Under the pieces are notes generated by a model. It did not search any database. It was not told the DNA's origin and saw only the letters and a list, made by a program, of their open reading frames with translations. A program made the translations under genes and the position numbers. From an uncultured bacterium (GTDB lineage Bacteria; Acidobacteriota; Thermoanaerobaculia; Multivoradales; JAHZIX01), in contig CBDUPA010000001.1 in NCBI GenBank assembly GCA_965368975.1, positions 384,001 to 448,000 of the forward strand: 64,000 nucleotides of DNA, written 5' to 3'. Below, one piece after another: positions 1-10,359 of this stretch; positions within the stretch are counted from its first letter, which is position 1, and each line of letters starts with the position of its first letter.

Positions 1-1024
1 GACCTGGAATGGCAGCGCGCTGATCTCGCCGATGAGCGGTCTGATCGCCGACCTCGGCAGCTTCGATCCCACCTCGGGCGACGATCCGCCCATTGTCAAC
101 ATCACCAGTCCGTTGCAGGGTGACACCATCGGCACCGGCAGCAGTTACCCCATCGTGCTGAGTGCTACCGTCAACGACTTCGAGAGCGGCTTTGCTTGCG
201 AAGGGTGCCTGGTCGACTGGACGTCGACGCTCGACGGCTATCTCGGCAGTACGGTGGTCAGTGGCGGCGTTACGAGCCTGTCCACCGAACTGTTCGGTCC
301 GGGCACGCGTACCATCAAGGCCACCGCGCAGGACTACGGCACCGGCGTCGGTATCGACGAGGTGACGGTGCACACCGGCAACACCGCCGCTTCGATCTGG
401 ATCGACCAGCCGGCCAACTACGCGCAGGTGCCGATTGGCGTTGGCGTCACGTTCTCGGGCTCCAGCGCCGATCCGGAGATGATGGGCGCGCCACTGGGTT
501 GCAACGCGGTGGTCTGGCTCCCGAAGGGACCGGGCGACCAGGGGGCCTTCGGCTGCTCCGCGGTGCTGACCTTCAACAGCCTGGGCTTGCGACAGGTCGA
601 GTTCCGCGGCATCGATCCGTACGGTGAGATCAGCTCGGCGTCGATCTGGGTCCAGGTGGTGCCGCTGCCGACCACCGGACCGCCGCTGATCACCTTGCTA
701 GCACCGGAAGTGAACCCACTGCTGGCCCGCGACGAGTTCCAGCAGGTGTCCGGCTACGCGACCGATCCTGACGGCAAGAGTCCGCTGACCTTCCAGTGGG
801 TGCTCAAGGGACCGAACCTGATCGGCGGCACCAACGGTGAACTGACGCTGGCGACCACGACGGCGAACAATGGGCAAACGACATCGTTCAGCTTCGTGCC
901 GTCGTCCTACGTCAGCGAGGTGTGCGGTGGCGTCGTGCTCGATCTAGAGGTCCGGGTGACGGACGCCGACAACCAGCAGTCGGTGATGACCCGCCAGGTG
1001 ACGGTCGCCGGACCGCTCTGCTGA
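1..1024 (+). CDS. C-terminal part of a secreted/surface protein with Ig-like (PKD/Big-type) beta-sandwich repeats; 5' end lies outside the window
   Basis: Frame is open from the window edge (TWNGSALISPM...). Repeated P.V.I..P...SATxxDxE/ATDPDG...W units typical of Ig-like/PKD modules. Confidence 0.6.
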   Translation, partial: TWNGSALISPMSGLIADLGSFDPTSGDDPPIVNITSPLQGDTIGTGSSYPIVLSATVNDFESGFACEGCLVDWTSTLDGYLGSTVVSGGVTSLSTELFGPGTRTIKATAQDYGTGVGIDEVTVHTGNTAASIWIDQPANYAQVPIGVGVTFSGSSADPEMMGAPLGCNAVVWLPKGPGDQGAFGCSAVLTFNSLGLRQVEFRGIDPYGEISSASIWVQVVPLPTTGPPLITLLAPEVNPLLARDEFQQVSGYATDPDGKSPLTFQWVLKGPNLIGGTNGELTLATTTANNGQTTSFSFVPSSYVSEVCGGVVLDLEVRVTDADNQQSVMTRQVTVAGPLC

Positions 1025-1045
1025 CCGGTCGTTCTCCCGGCTGAG

Positions 1046-1104
1046 ACGGCACGGTGACGAGACGGCGCGGCCGCGTCGATCTCGGCACCGTGCCGTTGCT
1101 TTGT
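1046..1104 (+). terminator. Long hairpin, probable intrinsic terminator
   Basis: acggcacggtg...caccgtgccgt inverted repeat (1046-1096) followed by tgctttgt. Confidence 0.5.
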
Positions 1105-1160
1105 AAGGGGAGGGAGTGTTATGGTGCGAAAGCATAATCAATGTGGAGGAGATTCATCCC

Positions 1161-3512
1161 ATGCTCAATCGTATTCTCACCGGCCCTTCTGCCTTCGGCA
1201 TCGCCCTCGCCCTGCTCGCTTTACCGACTCTGCCGACGCTGGCCCAAGAACGGGCGGCGCTGCGCGAGTCCCGAGATCCGAACACCGTCTGCAGTTGGGA
1301 CACTGGTTTTCATATCCGTGGGTTCAATGGGTCCGTGAACGCCATCCTCGAATTCGACGATGGTAGCGGCAGTGCCGTCTACGCGGCGGGCGACTTCACG
1401 GCTTTCGAGGACCAGCCCCTGCCGCGCGTTGCCAAGTGGAACGGCAGCGCCTGGAGCCCGGTCGGGGTCGGTTTCGACGCCGCAGTGCTGACGTTGGAGG
1501 TCTACGATGATGGCACCGGTCCCGCGCTCTACGCGGGCGGTGCCTTCAAGCGCAGCGGCAGGATGGCGACCCCCTACATTGCGATGTGGGACGGCCACGC
1601 CTGGCGACCACTCGCGGACGGCGCCCATTGGCAGGTCGTGGACCTGCAGGTTCATGACGACGGCAGCGGACCGGCGCTCTACGCCGCCGGCTCGTTCGAC
1701 CTTCCTGGCTCCTCCGACGAGGTGTCCTCGCTGGCGCGTTGGAACGGGCGCTCTTGGGTCTTCCTATCGCCGCCGGGATCGGTCTTCAGCATGGCCTCCT
1801 TCGACGCCGGTGACGGTCCCCGACTCTTCGTGGGTGGCAGCTTCTCCCTTGGCACGGACGATCCCTATCCAGACATTCCGTATGCATCGAAGCTCGAGAG
1901 TCACGGGTTGTTGGTCTGGGACGGGTCGACCTGGCAGGTGCCGGGGGACGGTGTCGATCCCCAGATATGGTCTTTGGGGGTGTTCGACCTGGGGAGCGGC
2001 CCGGCGCTGTATATTGGCACCCGGTTGACCGGCAGCGCGGCGCAAGGAGTACTGCGGTGGGATGGTAGCTCCTACGAGATCCTGGGGACTCGCGATTACC
2101 GTGGCACCATCTGGACGCTGGCAGCCTTCGACGACGGCAGCGGTCCGGCCTTGTATGCGGCCGGCAACATGGTGCAGGACAGCGGCGGACTGGCCGCGGG
2201 TATCCTGCGCTGGGACGGAGCATCGTGGCAGTTGGCGGGCGGCGGCGTCGACGAGTGGGTACGGACCCTGTGGGTGCGCGAGGAAGCGCAGGGCAGCGTG
2301 CTCTACGTCGGTGGCACCTTCACGAATGTGGGCGCCTGGAGTCCGAGCGGTCCGATTCCTTGGCTCTCCAGGGGTGTGGTCTCCAGCGGCTTGGCACGCT
2401 GGAACGGCGTCGACTGGTCGACGCCGCCCGGTACCACGGGACAGGGCCAAGGGCTCGACGACTGGGTGGAATCGCTGGCCGTCTATGACGATGGCAGCGG
2501 CCCGGCGTTGGTCGCGAGTGGTTTCTTCAACGACGCGGGGGGTGAACCGGTTGAGTTCATCGCTCGCTGGGACGGAGAAGCATGGCAGGCCTTGGGAGAC
2601 GGACTGGGCTACTCGGCCAGCGCCCTCGCGGTGTTCGACGCCGGCAGCGGGCCGCAGTTGATCGCTGCCGGCTGGTTCACCGAGGCTGGCGGTGCCGAGG
2701 CCTCCTACATCGCGGCCTGGGATGGTTCGGCCTGGCAGCCCCTGGGTACGGGCCTCGACGATGTGGCGCAGAGGCTCGCGGTGTACGACGATGGCACCGG
2801 TAACGCCTTGTACGCGGCCGGGCGCTTCCGCCGAGCTGGGGGTGTCGAGGCCGATCGCGTGGCGCGCTGGGACGGCCAAGCCTGGTCCGCGCTCGGCAAC
2901 GGTCCGGGAGGCGACGTCTATGATCTGGTGGTGTGGAATGACGGTGACGGGCCCGCGCTGTATGCCCTGGGAGCCTTCGGCACGGTCGAAGATCCGGTTG
3001 GCTTGCTGCAGTGGGACAGTACCGTGTGGCGCCAGGTGGACCAGAGCCGTCCCCCCGGCGATGTCTCTTCGGTGCATGTGCTCGACGACACCGCGCTCTT
3101 CGGTACCTACGCACCTTCCCTCTACGTGACGCTGAACGACTCTCAGGGATCGGCCACGGTGGCACGCTGGGACGGTACGGGCTGGCAAGTGCTGGAGGGT
3201 CTCGAGGGCGTGGTCTTCGCTCTCGAGATTGTCGACGCAGCTGGCGGTCCGACGTTGTATGCGGCGGGCCTGTTGTACGAGAACGGAGACCAAGCTGGAG
3301 GCCTGGCGTACTGGAACGGCAAGGAGTGGCGAAGGGAGCGCTTCGCGGCTGTCGAGACCGTGCGGACGCTGCTACAGCATGACGATGGCAGCGGTCCCGC
3401 CCTGTTCGCCGGTGGCCACTTCCGCAACGCCGATGGAACCTTCTCATCGCGCATCGGCAAGTACAGCTGCGAAGCGGACCCCGTGGTCGATTTCACAGGC
3501 AGTTGTCGATGA
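1161..3512 (+). CDS. Secreted multi-bladed beta-propeller protein (DDGSGPALYAxG...ARWDGxxW repeats)
   Basis: GGAGGA RBS before ATG 1161, signal-peptide-like N-terminus, and more than 10 copies of a ~50-aa repeat. Confidence 0.75.
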   Translation: MLNRILTGPSAFGIALALLALPTLPTLAQERAALRESRDPNTVCSWDTGFHIRGFNGSVNAILEFDDGSGSAVYAAGDFTAFEDQPLPRVAKWNGSAWSPVGVGFDAAVLTLEVYDDGTGPALYAGGAFKRSGRMATPYIAMWDGHAWRPLADGAHWQVVDLQVHDDGSGPALYAAGSFDLPGSSDEVSSLARWNGRSWVFLSPPGSVFSMASFDAGDGPRLFVGGSFSLGTDDPYPDIPYASKLESHGLLVWDGSTWQVPGDGVDPQIWSLGVFDLGSGPALYIGTRLTGSAAQGVLRWDGSSYEILGTRDYRGTIWTLAAFDDGSGPALYAAGNMVQDSGGLAAGILRWDGASWQLAGGGVDEWVRTLWVREEAQGSVLYVGGTFTNVGAWSPSGPIPWLSRGVVSSGLARWNGVDWSTPPGTTGQGQGLDDWVESLAVYDDGSGPALVASGFFNDAGGEPVEFIARWDGEAWQALGDGLGYSASALAVFDAGSGPQLIAAGWFTEAGGAEASYIAAWDGSAWQPLGTGLDDVAQRLAVYDDGTGNALYAAGRFRRAGGVEADRVARWDGQAWSALGNGPGGDVYDLVVWNDGDGPALYALGAFGTVEDPVGLLQWDSTVWRQVDQSRPPGDVSSVHVLDDTALFGTYAPSLYVTLNDSQGSATVARWDGTGWQVLEGLEGVVFALEIVDAAGGPTLYAAGLLYENGDQAGGLAYWNGKEWRRERFAAVETVRTLLQHDDGSGPALFAGGHFRNADGTFSSRIGKYSCEADPVVDFTGSCR

Positions 3513-3643
3513 GCAGCACCGGGACGGCTCTGCTAGGCTCACGTCACGGAGTCGAGCGAGCAACCTGATCCCAAGGCAACTCGGAACCTGGGCACGCCCC
3601 AATTTCCGGACGGCCCAGTGAGTCGAGAGCAAAGGAGGCAACC

Positions 3644-5128
3644 GTGGCGGTGTACTTGTGGGCGATCGTGATCTATCTGGCGTTCCTGGTCTTCGTCAGC
3701 GTGCGCAAGGGACGCGACGTCAAGACGCAGGAGGACTTCATGGTTGCCGGCCGTGGTGTCACGGCGGCGTTTCTGGTCGGCACGCTCGTGTGTACCTGGA
3801 TCGGTTCCGGCAGCCTCTTCGGCGGCGCCGGCCGGGCGTTTCGCAATGGCTTCTCGGCGCTGTGGATCAGTGCCGGCGCCTGGGCCGGGCTGGCGATCGT
3901 CTACTGGCTGGCGCCGCGGGTGCGCAAGATCGCCCAGTTCACCGTGCCGGACATCCTGGAGACGCGCTACAACGCGACGTCGCGCGTGCTCGGCACCATC
4001 GCTATCATCATCGCCTACCTGACGATCGCCGGCTATCAGTTCATCGGCGGTGGACGCCTCCTGGCGATTCTCACGGAAGGCCAGGTGTCTCCCGAGACCG
4101 GGCAACTGATCGTCGCCGCGCTGGTGATCGTCTACACGGTCGTCGCCGGCATGGCCTCGATCGTCGCGCTGGATGTCTTCAACGGTCTCCTGATCACCAT
4201 CGGCGTGCTGCTGGCGGCACCGTTCGCGCTCAAGGCCGCAGGCGGCTGGAGCCAGTTGACGGCCACCCTGCCAGAGGCGCACTTCTCACTCTTCGGTAGC
4301 TTGGGGGCCGCGTCCGCGATCGGCTTGTTCTTGCCGACCTTCCTCCTGTTGCTCGGCGAGAGCAGCATCTACCAGAAGTTCATGTCCGCCAAAGACGGCG
4401 CCACGGCTCGGCGCGCCGTGATCGGCATGATCGCCGGCGTGGTGGTGGTCGAGACGCTGCTCGTCTCCGTGGCCATTTTCGGTGCCGGAATCTTCTGGAA
4501 CGACGCTGCTCACCGCACGGCTGACGGCAGTATCGACCGCGCCGCCACCGAGACGGTGATCCTGAGTCTCGGCGCCAGCGAGTTCCTGCCTCCGATCGTC
4601 GGCATCCTGCTGCTGATCGGCGCCTCGGCGATCATCTTCTCGACCGCCAACACCTTCCTGATGGTGCCGTCCACCAACCTGGCGCGTGACATCTACCAGC
4701 GCTTCGTCAACCCGGGGGCCAGCGAGTCGCAGGTGATCCGCTTCCAGCGCGTCATGATCGTCGTGCTGGCGGGTGTCGCACTGCTGCTCACCACGCAATT
4801 CCAGGACATCCTGTCGATGGCCCTCTACGCCTACACCATGATCGGCGCCGCCGTGACGCCCGCCCTGCTGGCCGCCTTCCTGTGGAAGCGTGCAACCCCT
4901 GTCGGCGGCATGGCGTCGGTGGCGGTGGGCATCCTGGCGACGGTCGCGTTCGCGGTCGCCGTCAATAGCGGCGCCGAGATCGACCTCGGTTTCATCCAGG
5001 TGACGCAGGACAACGCCTACGACTACATCATCTACCCGGCCTTCATCCTGTCGGTGCTGACGCTGGTAATCGTCAGCCTGGTGACACCGAAGCCACCGGA
5101 GGAGAAGTGGAAGCCGTTCGAACCTTGA
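3644..5128 (+). CDS. Sodium:solute symporter (SSF/PutP family)
   Basis: EDFMVAGR, CTWIGSGS and FTVPDILETRY motifs; ~13 hydrophobic helices; AAGGAGG RBS before GTG. Confidence 0.92.
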   Translation: MAVYLWAIVIYLAFLVFVSVRKGRDVKTQEDFMVAGRGVTAAFLVGTLVCTWIGSGSLFGGAGRAFRNGFSALWISAGAWAGLAIVYWLAPRVRKIAQFTVPDILETRYNATSRVLGTIAIIIAYLTIAGYQFIGGGRLLAILTEGQVSPETGQLIVAALVIVYTVVAGMASIVALDVFNGLLITIGVLLAAPFALKAAGGWSQLTATLPEAHFSLFGSLGAASAIGLFLPTFLLLLGESSIYQKFMSAKDGATARRAVIGMIAGVVVVETLLVSVAIFGAGIFWNDAAHRTADGSIDRAATETVILSLGASEFLPPIVGILLLIGASAIIFSTANTFLMVPSTNLARDIYQRFVNPGASESQVIRFQRVMIVVLAGVALLLTTQFQDILSMALYAYTMIGAAVTPALLAAFLWKRATPVGGMASVAVGILATVAFAVAVNSGAEIDLGFIQVTQDNAYDYIIYPAFILSVLTLVIVSLVTPKPPEEKWKPFEP

Positions 5129-5144
5129 GGGTCTCGCAAGGCGT

Positions 5145-6860
5145 CTAGGGCATGGGGTGCGGGGTCGCGGAGAGTTCTTGGCTGAGCTGCTCGATGCTCT
5201 CTGCCGCGGCTCCGTGTCCAGCTTGCAGAAAGCCGCGCCCGATGCCTTGTAGGATCGCTTGCAGTCGTGTGGCGTCTAGATCCAGGGCGCCGAGCAGTTC
5301 CAGAGCGGAGGTCCGTTCTCCCGTGAGCCACCGCAGCACGCCGCGTCCGACGTTGGCGTTGACCTCGATTCGAGGTGGTAGCTCGACGTTCTCGACGTGT
5401 GTCAGCCAAGTTTCGGCTTGTGCGAGTCGGCCGCTCCCTGCGGCGGCGATAGCGCCCGTGATCAAGGTTTCGGCGTCTGCAAGGCCCGCGAAGTCCTCGC
5501 CGCCGTCCTGGCCGGCCGCCGTGCGCACTACGAAGAACCGCTCGTGACTGTCGGCGTCGATCAACGTGCCGTCCGGCTGCAGGTGCAGGTGCGAGCTGCC
5601 GGACATTGGCGAGACAGCGAGCAGGTGCCCGCCCTCGACGCGCAGGTGTACGGTGGTCCGCTGCGGCAGTCCGAGCGTCGACGGGGGCCAGGCCCACGTG
5701 CCGACCATGGGGGTGAGCTGAGCGCTCGAGACCTCCGTGTGATGCCGGTCGGGCGAAGTAGGTAGGGGAGACAGCGAAGGTGCATCCACCGGCTCACCGG
5801 TGCGAGCGTCGAGGATCTGCTCGACCAGGTCCAGCAGGGTGCGCATCGGCGTGCCCTGGCGGTCGTAGGTGTTGGCCCGGTTGACGATCACCAAGTCCAG
5901 TTCCGGTACGACCGCGATCATCTGGTTGCCGACGCCGAACGCGGCATACATACCGAATTGCTCGAAGCGGGGCTCACGATAGACCCACCACAGCATGCCG
6001 TAGCCGAGCATCTCACCGAGGAAGTCGCTCTCCGGTGAGTAGAGGGCCGTCGTGCGCTGGATCCACTGCCGGGAGAGCAGGCGCTGACCACTCTCCGCGC
6101 CGCCCCAGAAGCCTTGACGTGCATAGAGCAATCCGAAGCGCGCCATGTCCCGAGCCGAGGCGCGGCAGGGCCAGGACGGGATCTCGTCCTCGGGATCACT
6201 GCGCCGCCAGTCCTGCAAGCCGAGGGGGCGGGCGAACTTCGTGTCGAAGCCGGGGTAGAGCCGGGTGCCGGTCTCGTGCTCGAGGATGTCGATCAGGGCG
6301 TTGAAATCCCAGCTGCTGTAGATGAAGTGGCGTCCAGGCGTCACTTTGCCGCGCTCGGGGACACCAGGCTGGCGCTGACCTCCGCGGGTGAAGGTTTCGT
6401 CCGGGTAGATGCCGGAGCGAAACTTGAGCAGGTCGAGGATGCGGGCTTGTTTTTCATTCTCTAAGAGAGCCAGACCATCGGGCGTCCAACCCTCGGCTTC
6501 GAGATCGGCCAGCGTCTTGTTCAGCTCGATCTCTCCGCGATCCCAGTGAACGCCATAGAGGGCCGACAGGAAGCTCTTGAGTACCGAGTGGCACATGAAC
6601 TGCCGCTCGACCTCGCCCCAGGACGCCACCACGGCACCGTCGGCAACCACCAGGAAAGCGGAGGAGGGGAGCGTCTCCCAGGTCCGGCGCGCCGACTCCA
6701 GCCTCACCGGATCGAAGCCGGCTTGGGCGGGATCGTCGTAGCGCTGCCAGGTGTCACCGGGGACACGGCTAGGCGTGGCTCCGGACTCGGCGGCGAGCGG
6801 AGTGACAACCAGCAGTGCCGTCAGGAAAGTGGCTGGGAGAAAGCTCGAAGTCGCTGCCAT
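5145..6860 (-). CDS. Secreted serine hydrolase, beta-lactamase/AmpC fold; paralog of the adjacent gene
   Basis: SxxK (SVLK), SARDMARFG and YGMLWW motifs; signal peptide. Confidence 0.85.
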   Translation of the reverse strand: MAATSSFLPATFLTALLVVTPLAAESGATPSRVPGDTWQRYDDPAQAGFDPVRLESARRTWETLPSSAFLVVADGAVVASWGEVERQFMCHSVLKSFLSALYGVHWDRGEIELNKTLADLEAEGWTPDGLALLENEKQARILDLLKFRSGIYPDETFTRGGQRQPGVPERGKVTPGRHFIYSSWDFNALIDILEHETGTRLYPGFDTKFARPLGLQDWRRSDPEDEIPSWPCRASARDMARFGLLYARQGFWGGAESGQRLLSRQWIQRTTALYSPESDFLGEMLGYGMLWWVYREPRFEQFGMYAAFGVGNQMIAVVPELDLVIVNRANTYDRQGTPMRTLLDLVEQILDARTGEPVDAPSLSPLPTSPDRHHTEVSSAQLTPMVGTWAWPPSTLGLPQRTTVHLRVEGGHLLAVSPMSGSSHLHLQPDGTLIDADSHERFFVVRTAAGQDGGEDFAGLADAETLITGAIAAAGSGRLAQAETWLTHVENVELPPRIEVNANVGRGVLRWLTGERTSALELLGALDLDATRLQAILQGIGRGFLQAGHGAAAESIEQLSQELSATPHPMP

Positions 6861-6887
6861 TACTGTACTGCCTTCATTGGGTCCTCT

Positions 6888-8717
6888 TCATTCGACTGGC
6901 TCAGCTTGCAGTGCTTCCAACTCCTGGCGAACGGTGGGGTTGTCGGGGTGCAGTTTGAGCGAACGCTCGAGACAGCGGATCGCCTCGGCGGTCTCCCCGA
7001 GGGTCGCGTGGATGCTGCCGAGGGTTCCCCAGGAGCGGTACGATTCCGGGAAGACTCGCGTGTTGAGCCTCAGGATCTCACCAGCGGCTCGAGGTTCTTC
7101 GTCCTGGAAGAAGTTGTAGCCGACGAAGCCGACGATCTGCTCGACCAGTTGCGGATCGGTTTCTTGGACGATTCCACGGATGGCATGTTCGGCGGCTTCA
7201 GCTTGGCCGGTGAGCAAGTCGAGCAACGCACGGCCGATGTCGACTCTGACGCCCTCTTGGCTCTCGATCTTGACCATCAACTGGCGTGCCCGCTCCTCCT
7301 GGTCAGCCGCCGCGGCGCCGAGTGCCGCCAGCATCACCGTGTTGCTGTCGGCGATGCCGGAGAAGTTGCCGTCTGCGTCTTCGATCGGGAAGTAGCGTTC
7401 GTGGCTGTCTTCCTCGTGTAGCGAGCCGTCCGGTTGTAGGTAGTGCTGGAAGGTACCGGAGTTGGGCGAGTACACCTCGAGCCATCCCTCGCCAGGTGTG
7501 ATCCGGACGCTGGTCTGTGCCCGCATCCCGAGGGCAGCTGGTGGGTACGGCCATTCGCCGGCCATGCCCGCCAGCCGCGCTTCGGTCGCTAGGGTTGCCA
7601 GCGGGTCGGCTGTGCCTGGTTCCAGTGCAACGAGTTCCGCGTCCGTACTGGCGCGACCGGTGCGAGCTTCGAGCACCTGTTCGATCAGCTCGAGCAACTC
7701 GGGCATCGGCGTGCGTTCGCCAGCGTAGGTGTCGGCGCGGTTTACGATCACCATGTCGATTTCCGGCAGCACCGCGATCATCTGGTTGCCGACGCCGAGT
7801 GCCGAGTACATGCCGTGCCGCTCGAAACGCGGTTCGCGGAACACCCACCACATGAAGCCGTAGCCCATGATCTCAGAGTCGATCGAGTAGAGGGCCGACG
7901 AGCGGCGTACCCAGTGGTGCGACAGGATCCGCTGGTTCTCGCCGTTCTCGGTGCCGGGGGCCGGGCCCCAGAGTCCTTCACGCGCGAACAGCAGACCGAA
8001 GCGCGCGGCGTCACGCGCCGACATGCGGAAGGGATAGGCCGGGTACCTCGAGAGGTCGCGCTGGTAGTGGTAGTAGCCGTCCGAAACCCGCCAGTCCTGC
8101 ATCTGTAGCGGCTGGCCGAAGTACTGGTCGAACGCTTCGAAGACGTCCTCGCCCGTCTCCTGCATCAAGATCGTCGCCAGGGTGTTGAAGTCCCAGTTGT
8201 TGTAGGCGAAGTAACGGCCGGGCCCCTGGCTGCCGCGTGGCTGCGAATCGGTGCGACCGGCGTAGGCGGCGGGGTGGAAGACGCCCGAGCGCGCCTTGAG
8301 CAAGTCGAGGATTCGCGCCTCGCGCTCGACCGGGAGCAGAGGATCCGGATAGTCGTCGATGCCCAGGTCGGACAGGCGCTTGTTGAGCTCGATCTCGCCG
8401 CGATCCCAGTAGATGCCGTAGAGCGCGGACAGGAAACTCTTGCGCACGGAGTGGCACATGAAGCGTCGCTCGACGTCACCCCAGGCCGCTACCACGGCAC
8501 CGTCCGCGACCACCATGAAGGCCGAGGACGGCAGCCCTTGCCAGGTCTTGTGCGCCGCCTCTAGTTTGGCCGCGTCGAAGCCGGCGTCGGTGGGGTCGGC
8601 GTACTGCATCCAGGTGACGCCGGGGACCCGGCTGGCTTCCGCGACGATTGGAGCGGTGGCGAGCACGAAAGTGATGACTAGCCAAGAACTTAGAACGCGG
8701 TAGGGATTCCGTCGCAT
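6888..8717 (-). CDS. Secreted serine hydrolase, beta-lactamase fold, with C-terminal TPR
   Basis: SVRK, YNNWDFN and MSARDAARFG motifs; C-terminal WGTLG...A...ERSLKLHPDN TPR; start set at MRRNP. Confidence 0.88.
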   Translation of the reverse strand: MRRNPYRVLSSWLVITFVLATAPIVAEASRVPGVTWMQYADPTDAGFDAAKLEAAHKTWQGLPSSAFMVVADGAVVAAWGDVERRFMCHSVRKSFLSALYGIYWDRGEIELNKRLSDLGIDDYPDPLLPVEREARILDLLKARSGVFHPAAYAGRTDSQPRGSQGPGRYFAYNNWDFNTLATILMQETGEDVFEAFDQYFGQPLQMQDWRVSDGYYHYQRDLSRYPAYPFRMSARDAARFGLLFAREGLWGPAPGTENGENQRILSHHWVRRSSALYSIDSEIMGYGFMWWVFREPRFERHGMYSALGVGNQMIAVLPEIDMVIVNRADTYAGERTPMPELLELIEQVLEARTGRASTDAELVALEPGTADPLATLATEARLAGMAGEWPYPPAALGMRAQTSVRITPGEGWLEVYSPNSGTFQHYLQPDGSLHEEDSHERYFPIEDADGNFSGIADSNTVMLAALGAAAADQEERARQLMVKIESQEGVRVDIGRALLDLLTGQAEAAEHAIRGIVQETDPQLVEQIVGFVGYNFFQDEEPRAAGEILRLNTRVFPESYRSWGTLGSIHATLGETAEAIRCLERSLKLHPDNPTVRQELEALQAEPVE

Positions 8718-8952
8718 GGTAGATCTCCTGAACGACCGAGTGTAGGGCACACAAAGGGCTTGCCCAGGGTACTACGGCTCGAGCCGCGTCAGGGTTGCCA
8801 GAGCCCCTGATTCGCAAGCGCTGATAACGCCGGCGCGGCAGGGCAGAGCCTGGCCAATGCCGCCGGCCTTCCAGGGACCTTCAGTCATGGATGAGCGACT
8901 CGACTGATACGCCCAGCTGCGCCGCGCCTTCCGGCAGCCCGGGCTGCCGCGC

Positions 8953-9174
8953 GTGCCGGTATCGCTGGCCCGTCTGCGCCAGGGCGCTACGGCTGTTCCT
9001 GCGGCGCTACTGGATCGGGCTGTGTCGATTCCGTACCGAAAGCTGATTCGGGATGTGAGCTGGAATCCGGCGCGGCTGTGGGAGTTCTACCTGAAGGGTG
9101 CGGTTGGGGTGTATCCGAAGCGGGGGTTTGTGCACTTCGATACGCGTGGGTATCTGGTGGTTTGGATCGACTAG
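8953..9174 (+). pseudogene. Probable remnant of a peptidase M15A/YcbK-like gene (C-terminal motif only)
   Basis: GAVGVYPKRGFVHFDTRG matches the M15A GvGxY...FVHxDt motif; the upstream SxH...D zinc ligands are not present. Confidence 0.45.
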
Positions 9175-9300
9175 CTGGTCAAGCATCGGCGGCTAGGTTG
9201 CCAGAATGCGCAACTTGGGGTGTGCCGATTTCGCGACCTCGATCGAGGGGAAGAAAACGGCACAGGGCTAGCTGACAGGTGACTGATACTCTTCTGATCT

Positions 9301-10290
9301 ATGAAACTCATTGAGAAGCTAGTCGCCCGGCTGCGAAGTCTCCCGGAACACACCGTTGTCGGTACATCTCTCGCTGCGATCATCGCTTTGGTCTATGTCT
9401 TCTGGGTGATCTTCGAAGACCCCGAATCAACCGCCAACGTGAAAGACGGTCTCACAAGCATTGGCGGCTTGGTTGTGCTGGTCGGTCTTTATATCGCCTA
9501 CCGCCGCGTTCAGGTCCAACAGGACCAGCTCCAGGTCCAACAAGGGCAGCTGCAAGTCCAAGAGCGTGGCCAGATCACGGACCGGTACAGCAAGGCCATC
9601 GAGCAGCTGGCAGACAAAGAGCTAGCCATTCGACTTGGTGGCATCTTTGCCTTGGAGAAGATCGCCCTCGACAACCCCGCCGATTACCATGGCCCCGTCG
9701 CCGAGGTGCTCTGTGCCTTCCTGCGCGAACGGCACCCGGCTACGGAGATTCCCGACGAGGCTTCCGGGACGGAAGACGTGAAGCGCCCACAGAATGCAAC
9801 GGAAAACTACAGGGTTCCTACCCAGGTCCAGGCTATCTGTGAAGTTCTAAGCCGCCTGAACAGCCGGTCTGAAACTGGGCGGGTGCCGATGAACTTGTCT
9901 GGAGTGAACATGCAAGGCATCAGGCTCACAGAAGGCAATCTGGCCGGAGCCAATCTAGTCGGAGCCAACCTGTACAAGGCCAACCTGTACAGGGCCAACC
10001 TGTTCGGAGCCGACCTGCTCGAGGTCAACCTGCGAAGAGCCAACCTGTTCGGAGCCAGTCTGGAACGAGCCGATCTGGAAGGAGCCGACCTGCGAGGAGC
10101 CAACCTGCGAGGAGCCAACCTGGAACGAGCCAACCTGTTCGGAGCCAACCTGTTCGGAGCCTACCTGGCCGGAGTCAACCTTCGAAGAGCCGAGCTGGAA
10201 CGAGCCAACCTGGAAGAAGTCTTATTCGAAGAAGACGACCTCGAGTGGGTCTATCTCAAAGGCACTCTCCTCGAACCCAAAGAAGACTAA
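9301..10290 (+). CDS. Membrane-anchored pentapeptide repeat protein
   Basis: Two TM helices, ITDRYSKAIEQL...IRLGGIFALEKI domain, then ~20 A(N/D)LxG pentapeptides. Confidence 0.9.
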   Translation: MKLIEKLVARLRSLPEHTVVGTSLAAIIALVYVFWVIFEDPESTANVKDGLTSIGGLVVLVGLYIAYRRVQVQQDQLQVQQGQLQVQERGQITDRYSKAIEQLADKELAIRLGGIFALEKIALDNPADYHGPVAEVLCAFLRERHPATEIPDEASGTEDVKRPQNATENYRVPTQVQAICEVLSRLNSRSETGRVPMNLSGVNMQGIRLTEGNLAGANLVGANLYKANLYRANLFGADLLEVNLRRANLFGASLERADLEGADLRGANLRGANLERANLFGANLFGAYLAGVNLRRAELERANLEEVLFEEDDLEWVYLKGTLLEPKED

Positions 10291-10359
10291 GTCTCAATCC
10301 CCGTAGCCTCCCGAATCAACCTTCGAATCAGCTCCGCGCGAGACACCCTCTGTTCCCGA

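Noticed and set aside
1300-3450. Recurrent gacgatggcagcgg motifs at roughly 150-bp spacing
   Set aside because: Explained by the protein's propeller repeats; degenerate at third codon positions.
9935-10215. 15-bp periodic ggagccaacctg repeats resembling a DNA repeat array or CRISPR
   Set aside because: They are in-frame pentapeptide codons with no unique spacers.
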